A DNA stretch of 64,000 bases. Source: Pseudomonadota bacterium (GTDB lineage: Bacteria; Desulfobacterota; Desulfobulbia; Desulfobulbales; JAHJIY01). Position 1 is the stretch's first letter. Each line of letters opens with the position of its first letter. Shown one piece after another: positions 47,651-56,029 of this stretch. The position numbers were made by a program, and so were the translations under genes. The notes beneath the pieces were generated by a model, which ran no database searches, was not told the origin of the DNA, and worked only from the letters and a program-made list of their open reading frames with translations. The stretch covers positions 9,625 to 73,624 of the forward strand of contig JAHJIY010000086.1 of the NCBI GenBank assembly GCA_018823175.1, in the 5' to 3' direction.

Positions 47651-48911
47651 GGTTTTCAATAATTTCGATTGCGAGCTGCGCAACTATTTTATCGGCCTGG
47701 GCTACCGGGTCTAAGCCGTTGGCACATTTAAAGATGATATGGCCGAGCAGCCAGGAATCATAGTCGGCCGGCGGCATATTGATTACATGGCCTGGCGTCT
47801 TGAGGATCTGCACCTTGATCACGCCAAGTTCAGCCGGCATGTTGCCAATCGTGATTTTTTTGAGAATCCCGGGTTTGGCGGCATGCAGGCGGATACAGGC
47901 GTGCGGGACCTGTTTCTTGTCATGGAAAATAAATATCTCGCGTTCCTGGGCAAAATCAAGGGCCATGGTCAGAACGTCCAGGCCCGCGACATGTCTGAGC
48001 ATGAAGGGTAGGCAGTCGCCACCCGGTCTGGGTGAAAGTTCGATAAGCACAATTTCCCCGTTTCTGACGATAAAATCGAGCATGCAGATTGCTCTTTCCA
48101 GGCCAAGGGCCTTGGCGCTTTTGACTAATATGTCTTTTAATTGTTGCGGATCAATCCCTGCCAGAACCGGTTCGGCCAGGATATAACCACGAATAGTCCC
48201 AAAAGGAGCATTTTGAGCCGGAATTTTTCGGGTCAGCCTGATAATTTCGGCCCGGCTGTTTTCAAGGATGAAATCACAACTGTATTCCGGACCATCAATG
48301 AATTCTTCGGCCAGAATCTCTGGGCTGAACCCGTATGCCGCCGCGGCCGAATTTTTTTGTTTAAAATTGTCATTAATAACCCTTAGCGCATTCCGGCTGT
48401 CTTCTCTGGTCTTACATTTGGCGACCATTTCACTGCCGGTCCCGGAAAGTGGTTTGATCACGCAAGGAGTGTGTTTGCTCTGAAAAGAGTCAATATCTTC
48501 GTCTGAATTAATCAGCGCGGTCTCAGGGCAGGACAGACCTTGCTCTCTCCAGAGTTGTTTACTGGCAAATTTGTCCCGGCAATTATGAATCGCTTTGATC
48601 GACGGATATGACAAAGAAAAATCAGAAGCAATGGTGGCTGCCAGCTCCATTGCTTCGCAATCAAAACAACATATTGAGTCAATGGTGATTTTTTCCTCAC
48701 AAAGAAAATTCAATAAAGCTGTCTGGGTCTGCTGGATATCGCTAAGATCACAGAGTATTTCTTCGTCCGTTTCCGGACGCTGCTCGCGGGCCCTCTCTCT
48801 GACCGATGAGTTGGTCAGAAAAATCGCCCGGTCGGGATTGGATTTTCTGATCAGATCGATGTAGTCTGGTGTGGTGCCGACAACAAGTAGTTTGGAATTA
48901 TTGTATCGCAA
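47640..48911 (-). CDS. ATP-grasp domain carboxylate-amine ligase
   Basis: 423 aa. CRDKFASKQLWREQGLSCPE, VIKPLSGTGSEMV, EEFIDGPEYSCDF and LIELSPRPGG match ATP-grasp signatures. Confidence 0.8.
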   Translation of the reverse strand: MRYNNSKLLVVGTTPDYIDLIRKSNPDRAIFLTNSSVRERAREQRPETDEEILCDLSDIQQTQTALLNFLCEEKITIDSICCFDCEAMELAATIASDFSLSYPSIKAIHNCRDKFASKQLWREQGLSCPETALINSDEDIDSFQSKHTPCVIKPLSGTGSEMVAKCKTREDSRNALRVINDNFKQKNSAAAAYGFSPEILAEEFIDGPEYSCDFILENSRAEIIRLTRKIPAQNAPFGTIRGYILAEPVLAGIDPQQLKDILVKSAKALGLERAICMLDFIVRNGEIVLIELSPRPGGDCLPFMLRHVAGLDVLTMALDFAQEREIFIFHDKKQVPHACIRLHAAKPGILKKITIGNMPAELGVIKVQILKTPGHVINMPPADYDSWLLGHIIFKCANGLDPVAQADKIVAQLAIEIIENHEN

Positions 48912-49866
48912 CTTTCCGGTGCCTGTGTGTGAGATTGTTGCTGCATTTTGCAGGATTATTTACCCGTAATTCAAAAAGAGGTCGAGGTGTGAGCCGGAAT
49001 CGTTCTTTCCAGCCGAAGTCGCCACAAAGAAAATCAACACTTTGCTGATGGCTGCGGCAGGCCCATTCCAGGTGATGGAAGTTTATCATCTTGGCAACGC
49101 CGGGAAATTCCGGGCTGGTGCCGCCGGCCAGCACTGTATATTGCTTGTTCCAGACCGCGCCTAGATCAATGGCTGCAACTTTGCCGCCGATAAGCACGGT
49201 GGTGATTCGCAACATTTTATTCCGGCTTAGAAATGAGATGAGTTCTTCAAATGAGAGCATGAACCGTGAATCTGCGAAATAAGAGGATTCGCCAAAGGCG
49301 TCAAGGTTCAGTTTGAATAGAAGGGCGATGTCGGCGGTCTTATTGTGGCGGAATGAAACGCCGATCTCGTCAAAGCGAGATAATTCCTTGTCTATTTTTT
49401 TACGGGACTTGTTCGGGATAAGTTCCCGGTATTTTGGAAAAGAGTAGTCAAGCGTTGGCGGATGAAACATATATCCTGTCTCATCCACCAATGCTGTAAA
49501 GCGTTTTTCCGGGAATGAACTCTTGGTCAGATATCTCAAATGAACGCGGCCGGGAGCGGCGGCAAGCATCTTGGTGAAAATATCGTTATCTTTAGCCAGG
49601 ATTCTGTTTTGTTCAAGCCAGGTTTTTCCCTGCCAGGTTTCTCCCGGGAAATGAGAAAAATACTGCTCTTTTTTGAGCCAGCTCAAGGCCAGCATTCCGT
49701 TAGGTTTCCCGTTGTTTTCCGAAACAAGAAAACATGGGCGATTGTTGTAATGTTTATGGAAGGCGTAACGCACTTCCCACAGGTCAAAGAGACATTTTTG
49801 CGGCCAGAGCTCCTGCCAGAGCTGACGGCAATCATCAAGGTCCTCGTACTCTTTTATTTGCAGCAT
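48898..49866 (-). CDS. GNAT-fold acyl/aminoacyl-transferase, CelD/BioF2-like (FemAB-related) family
   Basis: 322 aa. The C-terminal half (ITTVLIGGKVAAIDLGAVWNKQYTVLAGG...GVAKMINFHHLEWA) resembles the Acetyltransf_6-type GNAT. 14-nt overlap with the ATP-grasp gene. Confidence 0.55.
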   Translation of the reverse strand: MLQIKEYEDLDDCRQLWQELWPQKCLFDLWEVRYAFHKHYNNRPCFLVSENNGKPNGMLALSWLKKEQYFSHFPGETWQGKTWLEQNRILAKDNDIFTKMLAAAPGRVHLRYLTKSSFPEKRFTALVDETGYMFHPPTLDYSFPKYRELIPNKSRKKIDKELSRFDEIGVSFRHNKTADIALLFKLNLDAFGESSYFADSRFMLSFEELISFLSRNKMLRITTVLIGGKVAAIDLGAVWNKQYTVLAGGTSPEFPGVAKMINFHHLEWACRSHQQSVDFLCGDFGWKERFRLTPRPLFELRVNNPAKCSNNLTHRHRKVAIQ

Positions 49867-49868
49867 GG

Positions 49869-50300
49869 CTAACGCCTCAGGGATACGTTGATTATGCTGT
49901 CGCTACCGCCAAAAAAATTCTGGGTGAACCAGCGCACGACTTCAGGGGGATAAGGTTTACAGCTGAAAACATCAATGTATGCGGCATTGGTCTGGTTGGC
50001 GAAATGGCCTGAAATCAGTGAAGTCTCAATGAGTTGGACCATGGAATAGCCGGCTACTTTTTCATCTTCGCCAAAGTGAACAACCTGGGTTTCTCCGAAG
50101 CGTTTCATTTCAATGAGGTCGCAAAGTTCAACGACAAATCGACGAATTTCATCGGCATTGCGAATTTTTTCCGGATTACAGTTGTATACATCGATAGACG
50201 AGGCAATTCCCCAAACGTCAAGGGCTCTGGCTTGATCTTCTATGCTCAGGTATTTGATGTCCGTTTCTCTTGCCTCGCTTAAAACTGGTTGTAATTGCAT
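49869..50300 (-). CDS. Divergent S-adenosylmethionine-decarboxylase-like (SpeD/SpeH fold) putative pyruvoyl enzyme
   Basis: SSIDVYNC...VQLIETSLISGHFANQTNAAYIDVFSC aligns with class 1 AdoMetDC (...LWGC...[27 protein letters not shown]). ATG 50300 has a GAAAGGAGA SD; the ORF track starts at GTG 50354. Two nt separate it from the GNAT gene. Confidence 0.65.
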   Translation of the reverse strand: MQLQPVLSEARETDIKYLSIEDQARALDVWGIASSIDVYNCNPEKIRNADEIRRFVVELCDLIEMKRFGETQVVHFGEDEKVAGYSMVQLIETSLISGHFANQTNAAYIDVFSCKPYPPEVVRWFTQNFFGGSDSIINVSLRR

Positions 50301-50420
50301 TTGCTTTCTCCTTTCGGGTGCAGAGGTCTTGAATGTTGATTTGTTTAATTTCACATAAGCCTGGTTGTTTGTTTTATTACTCCAGGTTTGGCGTCGATCT
50401 TTTCAAACATTGGCGTTATT

Positions 50421-50436
50421 AGCATCTTTTATGCCA
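50421..50436 (-). promoter_or_regulatory. Sigma54 (-24/-12) promoter of the speD-like/GNAT/ATP-grasp/decarboxylase operon
   Basis: The minus strand reads TGGCATAAAAGATGCT. GG and GC have the exact consensus spacing (TGGCACG-N4-TTGCW). Lies about 120 nt upstream of ATG 50300. Confidence 0.65.
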
Positions 50437-50537
50437 ATAAGAATATAGGGCGCTAAAAAGATATAACTGTATGAAAAATGGTCTAAATGCTTGATCTTAT
50501 TATTTTTTGGACAAGGGCGGAAATGTTATTGTTGAGA

Positions 50538-50590
50538 AAAAAGAGAATATTATTGCTTATTTTTTCAAAAAGAGAATATTATTGCTTATT
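50538..50590. repeat. Two perfect 24-nt direct repeats (AAAAAGAGAATATTATTGCTTATT), period 29 nt; candidate enhancer (UAS)
   Basis: Copies at 50538-50561 and 50567-50590. They lie 100-155 bp upstream of the minus-strand sigma54 promoter, in the divergent intergenic region shared with the EBP gene. Confidence 0.6.
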
Positions 50591-50701
50591 ATTGTTTGAT
50601 ATTCTGTTTTCATAAAAGGTGTATTCCAATAAAATATAATATTTACAGTAGGTTGGTTCTGTAAATTAAAAGGTATTTTTTTTCTCTTTTCAGGTGAAAT
50701 T

Positions 50702-52129
50702 ATGTTGAAACGCTTAGTTCTGGCTATTAAGAACAAGGATTTGGAGTCAAGTCTTGAGGCTGAATTTTCAGGGGTTGATACCCAGGTTGAATGTTATGGC
50801 AGCACGAAGAATCCATGGCTTAATGCGGTACAGAGTTGTGGCGATATTATTATCGTCAGTGAGAAATTTATTCCCGGGCCTATCGAATACGGGATCGCCA
50901 TGATTAATGATCTGCCTGAGAAGCCGACCACCGTAGTCCTGCACGGGGTTGATTCCTCTCAGGAGCACGCGAAGATCGTCGCTGCCGGTGCCGATGTAGT
51001 CCTTTATGAAAGAATAACCATTCAAAGTCTTATTGAGGCCATTTATGCCACTCTGGAATCTAGGCAACAGCTTATACAGATGGAGCAACCGGGTATTCAG
51101 GTTATTCCGCCGCCCCGGATTAACGATTTTTCTTCTGAAAATGAGGAAATGCAGCTTTTTTTAAACCAGGTCCTGCAGGTGGCGCCAACGAATTCATCGT
51201 TGCTTCTTTTAGGTGAAACCGGAGTGGGCAAAGAGCATCTGGCTAAAGCGATCCATGCCAAAAGCAAAAGGTCCGGTGGACCTTTCGTTACCGTTAATAC
51301 AGCAGCTCTGCCCGAGCATCTGCTGGAAAGTGAACTTTTTGGTCATAAACAGGGGGCCTTTACCGGAGCGGTAAGGTCTAGGCGAGGGTCATTTGAACTG
51401 GCCCATGGCGGCACCATCTTTCTTGATGAAATTGGCGAAATGCCCCTGCATCTTCAGTCGAAACTTCTTCGGGTTCTGCAGGATTTTGAGGTGAAACCAG
51501 TGGGTAGCGAGAATTCGATATGGGTTGATGTGCGGGTTGTGGCCGCGACTAATCGTGACCTGGAAGAAGAGGTGACGAAGGGGAATTTCAGAAAGGATCT
51601 TTATTATCGACTAAATGTCATGACTTTGATCATCCCGCCTTTAAGGCAGCGGCAGGAGGATATCCCCGCCCTGGCGCAGCATTTTCTCCGTAATTTCCGT
51701 TATAAAATCGGTCGGGAAGTTAATTCTATCTCAGAATCTGCAATGGAGGCGCTCTGCCAATATGACTGGCCGGGAAACGTGCGTGAATTGATGAATGTTA
51801 TCGAACGGGCCATGCTTTTAAGTAAAGGGAAATCTGTTTCCATTTATGATCTGCCCAATGTTTTTCACCTTAGCAGTATCAGTAACCTCTTAACGGATAA
51901 TATTATCAAGGAGGATATGCAGGTTACAGGTTTCTGGAAAGATAAAAGTCTGGCTGAGGTGAAAAATGAAATTATCGATCGGGTGGAGATCCTTTACTTC
52001 GATATGGTTCTCAAGCAGACAAAAGGCAGAATCAGGGAGGCCGCCGGGATCGCTAAAATTCACACCCGGGCTCTTTATAACAAGATGAGAAGATTGGGTC
52101 TGAAGAAAGAAGACTATAAGGGGAAATGA
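50702..52129 (+). CDS. Sigma54-dependent transcriptional activator (bacterial enhancer-binding protein) with degenerate receiver-like N-domain
   Basis: AAA+ core with Walker [15 protein letters not shown], Walker [10 protein letters not shown], plus a C-terminal Fis-type HTH. The N-terminal ~120 aa are receiver-like but lack the acidic pocket and phospho-Asp. Confidence 0.9.
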   Translation: MLKRLVLAIKNKDLESSLEAEFSGVDTQVECYGSTKNPWLNAVQSCGDIIIVSEKFIPGPIEYGIAMINDLPEKPTTVVLHGVDSSQEHAKIVAAGADVVLYERITIQSLIEAIYATLESRQQLIQMEQPGIQVIPPPRINDFSSENEEMQLFLNQVLQVAPTNSSLLLLGETGVGKEHLAKAIHAKSKRSGGPFVTVNTAALPEHLLESELFGHKQGAFTGAVRSRRGSFELAHGGTIFLDEIGEMPLHLQSKLLRVLQDFEVKPVGSENSIWVDVRVVAATNRDLEEEVTKGNFRKDLYYRLNVMTLIIPPLRQRQEDIPALAQHFLRNFRYKIGREVNSISESAMEALCQYDWPGNVRELMNVIERAMLLSKGKSVSIYDLPNVFHLSSISNLLTDNIIKEDMQVTGFWKDKSLAEVKNEIIDRVEILYFDMVLKQTKGRIREAAGIAKIHTRALYNKMRRLGLKKEDYKGK

Positions 52130-52459
52130 TTTGATAATCCTCGAATAAGAGAAATCAATGAGAGTAAATTGGTAGTTCGGTAATAGAATGAAAGGGGTTG
52201 TGCTGGAATAGTCGGTCACCACTTGTTGAAGAGATAATGTACAAAAAAGACCTGTTATGTTAGTATTGCCAACTTTGGTTCGAGGGTTCTGTTGCCGGAA
52301 CGAGTGGTTAATTTTTGCTGATCGTTTGATTTTGTCTGATCAGCTAATTGACTGACTACACGGAGGTATTTAGCAGAGCCCAGCTTTGACGGACTGGTTG
52401 TTTTATGGAGTTAAATATATAAATTTTTCAGATAATGTTCAGATTTCAGGAGTTAAGTA

Positions 52460-54373
52460 ATGGGTAAAACAGTTACGGAAAAAATTTTAGAGGCACATCT
52501 GGTTGAGGGGAAGATGGCTAAAGGTCAGGAGATCGGGATTCGTATCGATCAGACCCTGACCCAGGATGCCACCGGTACCATGGCATATCTGGAGTTTGAG
52601 GCGATCGGCATTCCAAGGGTGCAGACGGAACTTTCGGTCTGTTATGTTGATCATAATCTGGTCCAGTCTGATTTCAGGAACGCCGATGACCATCGTTTTT
52701 TGCAATCCATTGCCCGTAAATACGGGCTGTATTTTTCTCCTCCCGGCAATGGTATCTCTCATCAGATTCATCTTGAAAGGTTCGGTTTGCCCGGCAAAAC
52801 TCTGCTCGGTTCGGACAGCCATACCCCAACCGGGGGCGGTCTAGGGATGCTGGCCATTGGCGCCGGCGGTCTGGATGTCGCGATGGCGATGGCCGGCAAG
52901 CCTTTTTATCTTGTAATGCCAAAGGTTTACGGCATCAAGTTGATCGGTAAATTGCAGCCCTGGGTATCGGCCCGTGATATACTTCTTGAGGTGTTGCGCC
53001 GTCTTTCAGTAAAGGGCGGGGTGGGCTATATCATGGAATATTTTGGCCCAGGCGTTAAAGAACTGACCGTTACCGATCGGGCTTCGATTACCAATTTTGG
53101 GGCGGAGTTGGGCGCCACTACTTCTGTTTTCCCCTCTGATGAAAATACCAGACAATTTCTGCAAAGCCAGGGTCGGGCTGATAACTGGGTGGAATTGATT
53201 GCCGATTCGGATGCGGTTTATGATGAGGTTATCGAGATTGACATGTCCAGCCTCGAGCCGTTGATTGCCTGTCCGTCCTCGCCGGATAATGTGGTAAAGG
53301 TGAGTGAGGTGGCAGGTAAACCTGTAGCTCAGGTCCTGGTTGGTTCTTGTTCCAACTCTTCGTTAAGAGATTTGATGGTGGTGGCCAAGACCCTTGAGAC
53401 CCGTGAAATCAGCCGCGATGTAAGTTTTGAGATCAACCCCGGTAGTCGCCAGGTTCTGGAAAATATGACTGCTCAGGGCGATATGCTTACGTTGGTCAAG
53501 GCCGGCGCCCGAGTGCATCAGGCCGGTTGTCTTGGTTGTATCGGAATGGGGCAGGCCCCTTCAACCGGGACTATTTCGTTACGGACCTTTCCCCGTAATT
53601 TTCCGGGCCGAAGCGGGACCAAGGATGATCAGGTTTATCTGTGCAGTCCTGAGGTTGCGGTCGCTTCCGCCATTACCGGTAAGATTACCGATCCTCGTGA
53701 TCTTGGGTCATATCCATCCTTCAGTCTGCCGAAAAACTATCTGTTAGGTGATCAGCGCATTGAGGCCCCTCTGGCCGAGGGTGTGGCGGGAGAGATTGTT
53801 CGTGGTCCTAATATTACCCCTTTTCCAAAATTTGATGCTATTCCTGATACCTGGAGCGGTAAAATTCTATTGAAGGTTGGTGATAATATTACTACTGATC
53901 ATATTATGCCGGCCGGTGCTAAAATATTGCCGCTGCGCAGCAACATCCCGGCGATCAGTGAGTTTGTTTTTGACTCGGTTGATCATGATTTTACGGTGCG
54001 GGCCAAAGCGTCTGATGCCGGGATGGTCGTGGGCGGAGAAAATTACGGACAGGGTTCTTCCCGTGAGCATGCGGCTTTGGCTCCTCGCTTTCTGGGCGTA
54101 AGGGTTAAACTGGTCAAGAGTTTTGCCCGGATCCATAAGGCCAATCTGATTAATTTTGGGATCCTGCCGTTGACTTTTGAGAACCCGGCGGATTCTGATT
54201 CGATCGAACAGGGGGATGATGTTCTTATCCCTGGGTTGCGTAAAGCATTGGAAACCGGTCTTGAGATAATCGCTGTCCGGATTGGTGACCGTGAAATATC
54301 GGCAAAACTTGATATCTCCGCCAGGCATCGGGAGATACTCCTGGCTGGTAGTCTATTGAATTGGGCCAAATAA
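52460..54373 (+). CDS. acn: Aconitate hydratase (short bacterial AcnA_Bact-type, ~640 aa)
   Basis: 637 aa. Aconitase catalytic domain (GSDSHT, cluster Cys in GSCSNSS and CLGCIGMG) fused to a swivel domain (GENYGQGSSREHAA). Confidence 0.85.
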   Translation: MGKTVTEKILEAHLVEGKMAKGQEIGIRIDQTLTQDATGTMAYLEFEAIGIPRVQTELSVCYVDHNLVQSDFRNADDHRFLQSIARKYGLYFSPPGNGISHQIHLERFGLPGKTLLGSDSHTPTGGGLGMLAIGAGGLDVAMAMAGKPFYLVMPKVYGIKLIGKLQPWVSARDILLEVLRRLSVKGGVGYIMEYFGPGVKELTVTDRASITNFGAELGATTSVFPSDENTRQFLQSQGRADNWVELIADSDAVYDEVIEIDMSSLEPLIACPSSPDNVVKVSEVAGKPVAQVLVGSCSNSSLRDLMVVAKTLETREISRDVSFEINPGSRQVLENMTAQGDMLTLVKAGARVHQAGCLGCIGMGQAPSTGTISLRTFPRNFPGRSGTKDDQVYLCSPEVAVASAITGKITDPRDLGSYPSFSLPKNYLLGDQRIEAPLAEGVAGEIVRGPNITPFPKFDAIPDTWSGKILLKVGDNITTDHIMPAGAKILPLRSNIPAISEFVFDSVDHDFTVRAKASDAGMVVGGENYGQGSSREHAALAPRFLGVRVKLVKSFARIHKANLINFGILPLTFENPADSDSIEQGDDVLIPGLRKALETGLEIIAVRIGDREISAKLDISARHREILLAGSLLNWAK

Positions 54374-54668
54374 GTTGTCGAGTTTTTTCGTCTTATAGTG
54401 GAAAGTTCTGACTTTGAAGTAAAAATAATTGTACTAAAAGTTTGTGGCGGCTTGTTTGGTGATAAATTAACGTTTATTTTAATGGCGGGTATAAAAATTA
54501 GTACCTCTTAATATCCTGTTTTTATTGATTAATTGTTGAAAGTACTTTGGGGAGGAGGGTGGGTATAAATAATTATATCGAATGTCGCTGTGGATGGAAT
54601 GACGGTCTTTCGTTATAACTGCTTGATATTGTTTGGTTTTAGTTGAAAAATGCAATAATATTTTTTAT

Positions 54669-54684
54669 TGGCATGGCTATTGCT
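54669..54684 (+). promoter_or_regulatory. Sigma54 (-24/-12) promoter
   Basis: TGGCATGGCTATTGCT matches TGGCACG-N4-TTGCW at all key positions with correct GG-GC spacing. Predicted TSS near 54695. Confidence 0.65.
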
Positions 54685-54694
54685 CTATTACAAT

Positions 54695-54768
54695 ATCAAA
54701 TAAAGAAAACTTCCCTCCTTTCTCTAAAAAGGTCGACCTCCTCCCCCTTGGTCGGCCTTTTTTCTTTT
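54695..54768 (+). ncRNA. Candidate sigma54-dependent small RNA or attenuator leader (C-rich, terminator-ended, ~70 nt)
   Basis: Runs from the predicted TSS to the intrinsic terminator. Contains CUUCCCUCCUUUCUCU and a terminator loop UCCUCCCCCUU (anti-Shine-Dalgarno-like CCUCC motifs). No ORF. Confidence 0.3.
54729..54768 (+). terminator. Rho-independent terminator-like hairpin
   Basis: AAGGTCGACC (54729-54738) pairs with GGTCGGCCTT (54750-59, one G-U pair). 11-nt C-rich loop, then TTTTTTCTTTT. Confidence 0.65.
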
Positions 54769-54800
54769 CAAGCCCAATATATTTCTCTGATCGGCAAATT

Positions 54801-55769
54801 ATGAAGGATCTGAACAATCAGTTAAAGGTAGCGTTAGTCTCATGCAAAAATTATGAGCGGCGCTTAATGAAAGAGCAGATTGATCAAATCTGCCATGCTT
54901 TAAACTTTCGACCACCGGCCGGGAGTCGGGTTCTTCTCAAGCCTAATCTTGTTTCTGCCGGCAGTAGAGGTAATATTGCCTGTACAAATGCGGAGTTTGT
55001 GGCGGCCGTCGCCGAGTGGATGCTTGATCATGGGGCTATGGTTAAAATTGGTGATTCACCGGCTTTTGGCAGTGCCTGTAAAGTGATGGCGGCCTCTGGT
55101 ATATCTGAGGCCTTGCACGGTTTGCCGGTCACTATGGTGGATTTTAGCGATAATCGTTCAGTATCTTTGCCCTGCGGTCTTGAAACGGCGATTGCCGTTG
55201 AGGCCCTTGAATGTGATCTCCTGGTTAATCTGCCGAAGATAAAATCTCATTGTCAGTTATTGGTCAGCCTGGCGGTAAAAAATTATTTCGGAGTGGTGGT
55301 TGGTTGGCGCAAGCCATTGATTCATGCCAGATATGGAGAGGTGGATAATTTGTTTGAGGCCTTACTGGTAGATTTGCCGGAGATGGTCCCGTCAGGTATC
55401 TCTCTGCTGGACGGGGTTGTTGCCATGCAAGGAAACGGTCCCTTGAAGGGGGATCCCTTTTCTCTGGGACTGCTGGCCGGGGCAATTAACCCGGTGGCCG
55501 TTGATTCCGCTCTGCTCAAAATTCTGGGGCTGGAACCGGAACAAAGTCCTCTCTGGCGTGAATGTGCGCGCAGAAAATTACCCGGGGTCAAAAATCAATC
55601 TCTTGTATATCCCCTGTTGATGCCCGATGAACTTCGGGTCAGTGATTTTGAAGTGGTACAGCCGCTAAAGCCGGTGACTTTTCATCCCGGCAAATTGTTT
55701 GTCGGCGGGTTGAAACGGGTGGCGACTTCTTTAGCTGATAGAGTTAACTATGGTAACCACAAGAGCTGA
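54801..55769 (+). CDS. DUF362 domain-containing protein
   Basis: About 322 aa from ATG 54801 (MKDLNNQLKVALVSCKNYE...), which resembles the DUF362 family N-terminus and length. The ORF-track extension to 54633 spans a promoter and a terminator and is rejected. Confidence 0.6.
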   Translation: MKDLNNQLKVALVSCKNYERRLMKEQIDQICHALNFRPPAGSRVLLKPNLVSAGSRGNIACTNAEFVAAVAEWMLDHGAMVKIGDSPAFGSACKVMAASGISEALHGLPVTMVDFSDNRSVSLPCGLETAIAVEALECDLLVNLPKIKSHCQLLVSLAVKNYFGVVVGWRKPLIHARYGEVDNLFEALLVDLPEMVPSGISLLDGVVAMQGNGPLKGDPFSLGLLAGAINPVAVDSALLKILGLEPEQSPLWRECARRKLPGVKNQSLVYPLLMPDELRVSDFEVVQPLKPVTFHPGKLFVGGLKRVATSLADRVNYGNHKS

Positions 55770-56029
55770 TTGTATCTATTTCGGCAGAGCAGGGAAAATC
55801 TTCATGCGGTGAATTTGCACCTCATAAATGAAAGGTAGTTTTGAGGTCTGCACTTATCTGGAAAAATTCAATTACCTGTGGGTTATTTTTGGCTTTGCAT
55901 GTTCAGGTGTATTATCTTGAGAATCATGTTTACAAGAGAGTATGAAAATTTTATCGTAGCCCAAACTGAAAGCTTGATGGCGTATTTATCGGGCGCCATT
56001 GTTAAATATGATTGAGACTAGGGAGTTGC

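Noticed and set aside
52305-52319. TGGTTAATTTTTGCT upstream of the aconitase gene, which resembles a sigma54 promoter.
   Set aside because: The GG-to-GC spacing is one nucleotide short of consensus and the -24 box is poor (TGGTT).
54633-54800. N-terminal 56-aa extension of the DUF362 ORF (TTG start in the ORF track).
   Set aside because: The extension spans a sigma54 promoter and an intrinsic terminator hairpin and translates to low-complexity sequence. The family-like N-terminus begins at ATG 54801.
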